A DNA stretch of 63,353 nt, the filler included. It is 6 parts of 6 records of this genome, joined end to end, with 100 filler letters (N's around TTAATTAATTAA, not from the genome) between each part and the next. Parts side by side here need not be neighbours in the genome. Positions count along the whole stretch, not along the records: positions 56,291 to 63,353 come from SRR20825010_3259; 5 more parts are not named here. One strand, written 5' to 3'. The notes under the pieces are model-generated. The model was not told where the DNA came from, ran no database searches, and worked only from the letters and a program-made list of their open reading frames with translations. Positions 61,760-63,353 of the stretch are shown in pieces (the first letter of the stretch is position 1; each line of letters starts with the position of its first letter). The translations under genes were made by a program, and so were the position numbers.

Positions 61760-62092
61760 ATGCCTGATACCAACCAGCCACACCCCTGGCGAAAGCCATT
61801 ACTGATCACCGAGTTTACCGCGGTAGCCATACTGCTGGCGTCCATGGGCTGGTTTTCCAGCCGCGCGGCAGAGGGTGCCGCACTGAGCCCTGTGTGGTTA
61901 TTGATTCCCGCCGCCGCAAGTCTTGCGGTATTCATCAGTTTTATCGGGCTGATGTACCTGCGCTGGGTGGTTGCAGCAGCTGCTGAACGCAAACCCCGGC
62001 ATAAAATCGTATTTTCCCTGCTGGTGATGACGCTGCTCGGAGTATGGGCTTACGGCGTCGCCAACACCTGGATCAGTGTTTCCAACGCATAA
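61760..62092 (+). CDS. Small hypothetical membrane protein with three transmembrane segments
   Basis: Three hydrophobic segments; upstream of pldA on the same strand. Confidence 0.7.
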   Translation: MPDTNQPHPWRKPLLITEFTAVAILLASMGWFSSRAAEGAALSPVWLLIPAAASLAVFISFIGLMYLRWVVAAAAERKPRHKIVFSLLVMTLLGVWAYGVANTWISVSNA

Positions 62093-62102
62093 GGACTGGA
62101 CC

Positions 62103-63272
62103 ATGCCCATCGTTCGCCGCCCTGAACTTTTGAGGTTTACTGGCTTGCTATTGTCTCTGAACCTGTTCCTTCCCGGAACGGCCACCGCGCAGGACGAGCC
62201 CCCCGGGAACCGGAATTTTGAGGGAGTGAAGCCGGAAGACTGTGCCCTGATCAAGGATGGCGTTCAGCGTCTCGCATGTTACGACGCCATCAATGACCCG
62301 GCCAGCGCTCGCAATGGTGCCTCTGATGAGAGCCTGGACGCCATCGACAAGTCGACGGAGGCGCTGCAGTACGAAGAGGCAGCGAATGCGGAAAACGGCG
62401 ATGCAACACTGGGGCCCGCGGAAGAAAGCACGACCGGAGAGGACGGAGAAGATACCGGCGTGATGTCGGCGATCCTGAACCGTTATGTCGCCGCAGAGAA
62501 GGCTATTTTCTCGTTTTCCGGCAGTTTTGTTGGCCATCGGCCGATGTATATCCTGCCGTTCAGCTATATGAAGAATGCCAATCGTGAACCCACAAATCCG
62601 AGACTGGGCGCAACCGATTACGACTATGGCATCGACAACCAGGAAGCCAAGTACCAGATCAGTTTCAAGGTACCCTTGTTGACTGGCTGGCTGGATGACC
62701 GCACGACGCTCTGGTTCGGCTACACCCAGAAATCGTTTTGGCAGGTGTATAACACGGATGACTCAGCGCCATTCCGGGAAACCAATTATGAGCCGGAAGT
62801 CTTTGTACGCTATGAGACGAATTATGACCTGGGCCCTGGCAGGCTGAATGGTGTCACGCTGGGCTTTAATCATGAGTCCAATGGCCAGTCGGAACCCCGT
62901 TCCCGCAGTTGGAACCGGATCGTGGGGTCGGCAGCCTACAGCTATGATCGCTGGCTGTTCATCCTTCAGCCCTGGTATCGACTGCCAGAGGATGACAGCG
63001 AGGACGACAATGAGGATATTGAGCGCTATCTGGGCTATGCGAACTACATGGCGATCTACAAGTGGAGTGAGGATCGGACGCTGTCGATGAAGCTGATGAA
63101 CAACTTGCGGTCAGACAACAAGACGTCGATTGAGTTGGGTTATAGCTTTCCGATGGGCGATACGATCAAGGGGTATGTCCATTATTACAATGGCTATGGT
63201 GAGAGTCTGATTGACTACAATGAGCGGATTCAGCGGATTGGCATCGGGATTATGTTGAACGACTGGCTTTGA
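62103..63272 (+). CDS. pldA: Outer membrane phospholipase A with acidic N-terminal extension
   Basis: KYQISFKVP, YTQKSFWQ, SAPFRETNYEPE, HESNG catalytic motif and GYGESLIDYN. Confidence 0.93.
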   Translation: MPIVRRPELLRFTGLLLSLNLFLPGTATAQDEPPGNRNFEGVKPEDCALIKDGVQRLACYDAINDPASARNGASDESLDAIDKSTEALQYEEAANAENGDATLGPAEESTTGEDGEDTGVMSAILNRYVAAEKAIFSFSGSFVGHRPMYILPFSYMKNANREPTNPRLGATDYDYGIDNQEAKYQISFKVPLLTGWLDDRTTLWFGYTQKSFWQVYNTDDSAPFRETNYEPEVFVRYETNYDLGPGRLNGVTLGFNHESNGQSEPRSRSWNRIVGSAAYSYDRWLFILQPWYRLPEDDSEDDNEDIERYLGYANYMAIYKWSEDRTLSMKLMNNLRSDNKTSIELGYSFPMGDTIKGYVHYYNGYGESLIDYNERIQRIGIGIMLNDWL

Positions 63273-63304
63273 GTTAGTTCTGGCTGTTGGTGCAAGGCTG
63301 ATCG

Positions 63305-63353
63305 GGTGCGGCTCCTTCTCCCGAAACACGCTCCTTGCGGCACATCCATGTGG
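63305..63353. repeat. Possible start of an intergenic repeat element, cut by the window end
   Basis: AAACACGCTCCTTGCGGCACATCCATGTG resembles dispersed Marinobacter intergenic repeats as I recall them; only one copy is in this window. Confidence 0.3.

Overview
This is not one locus. It is six unrelated bacterial contigs joined by artificial 100-bp spacers (N44-TTAATTAATTAA-N44, stop codons in all six frames) at 4494, 12759, 32917, 39693 and 56191. Taxa below are inferred from gene content and composition. (1) 1-4493, AT-rich Bacteroidota: surE, lipid kinase, sorbosone dehydrogenase, lipoprotein. (2) 4594-12758, GC-rich alphaproteobacterium: hydrolase-OsmC fusion, DUF1127 and GcvA-type LysR, apt, an mlaEFD/MCE-type ABC operon, aminotransferase. 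(3) 12859-32916, Rhodopirellula-like planctomycete: tyrA, purL, a His/Cys-rich RGPP leader ORF, DUF1559, RdgC-like protein, rhaB, rpoBC. (4) 33017-39692, Bacteroidota: MFS-exonuclease-DUF294 nucleotidyltransferase operon, TonB-C proteins, two gene remnants. (5) 39793-56190, Limnobacter-like betaproteobacterium: cupredoxin and cusF, an acyl-CoA dehydrogenase/kinase/phosphatase cluster, ECF sigma/anti-sigma/DUF4394, comM, and an NtrC/sigma54 porin-glnK-amtB operon. (6) 56291-63353, Marinobacter-like gammaproteobacterium: rep, copper radical oxidase plus partner, cytochrome c5, pldA. I found no rRNA, tRNA, CRISPR array or transposase. The best candidate for an undescribed system is 16934-18621. 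A DUF2946/CruR-like, His/Cys-rich, signal-bearing ORF ends in an RGPP ribosome-arrest motif. Its stop codon region forms a perfect 10-bp stem with the predicted ribosome-binding region of a pilin-like DUF1559 gene that carries a His/Asp-rich insert, and a Fur/Zur-like palindrome lies upstream. Together these suggest a metal-sensing translational switch controlling a planctomycete DUF1559 protein. All family assignments come from motif recognition by eye; no database searches were run.
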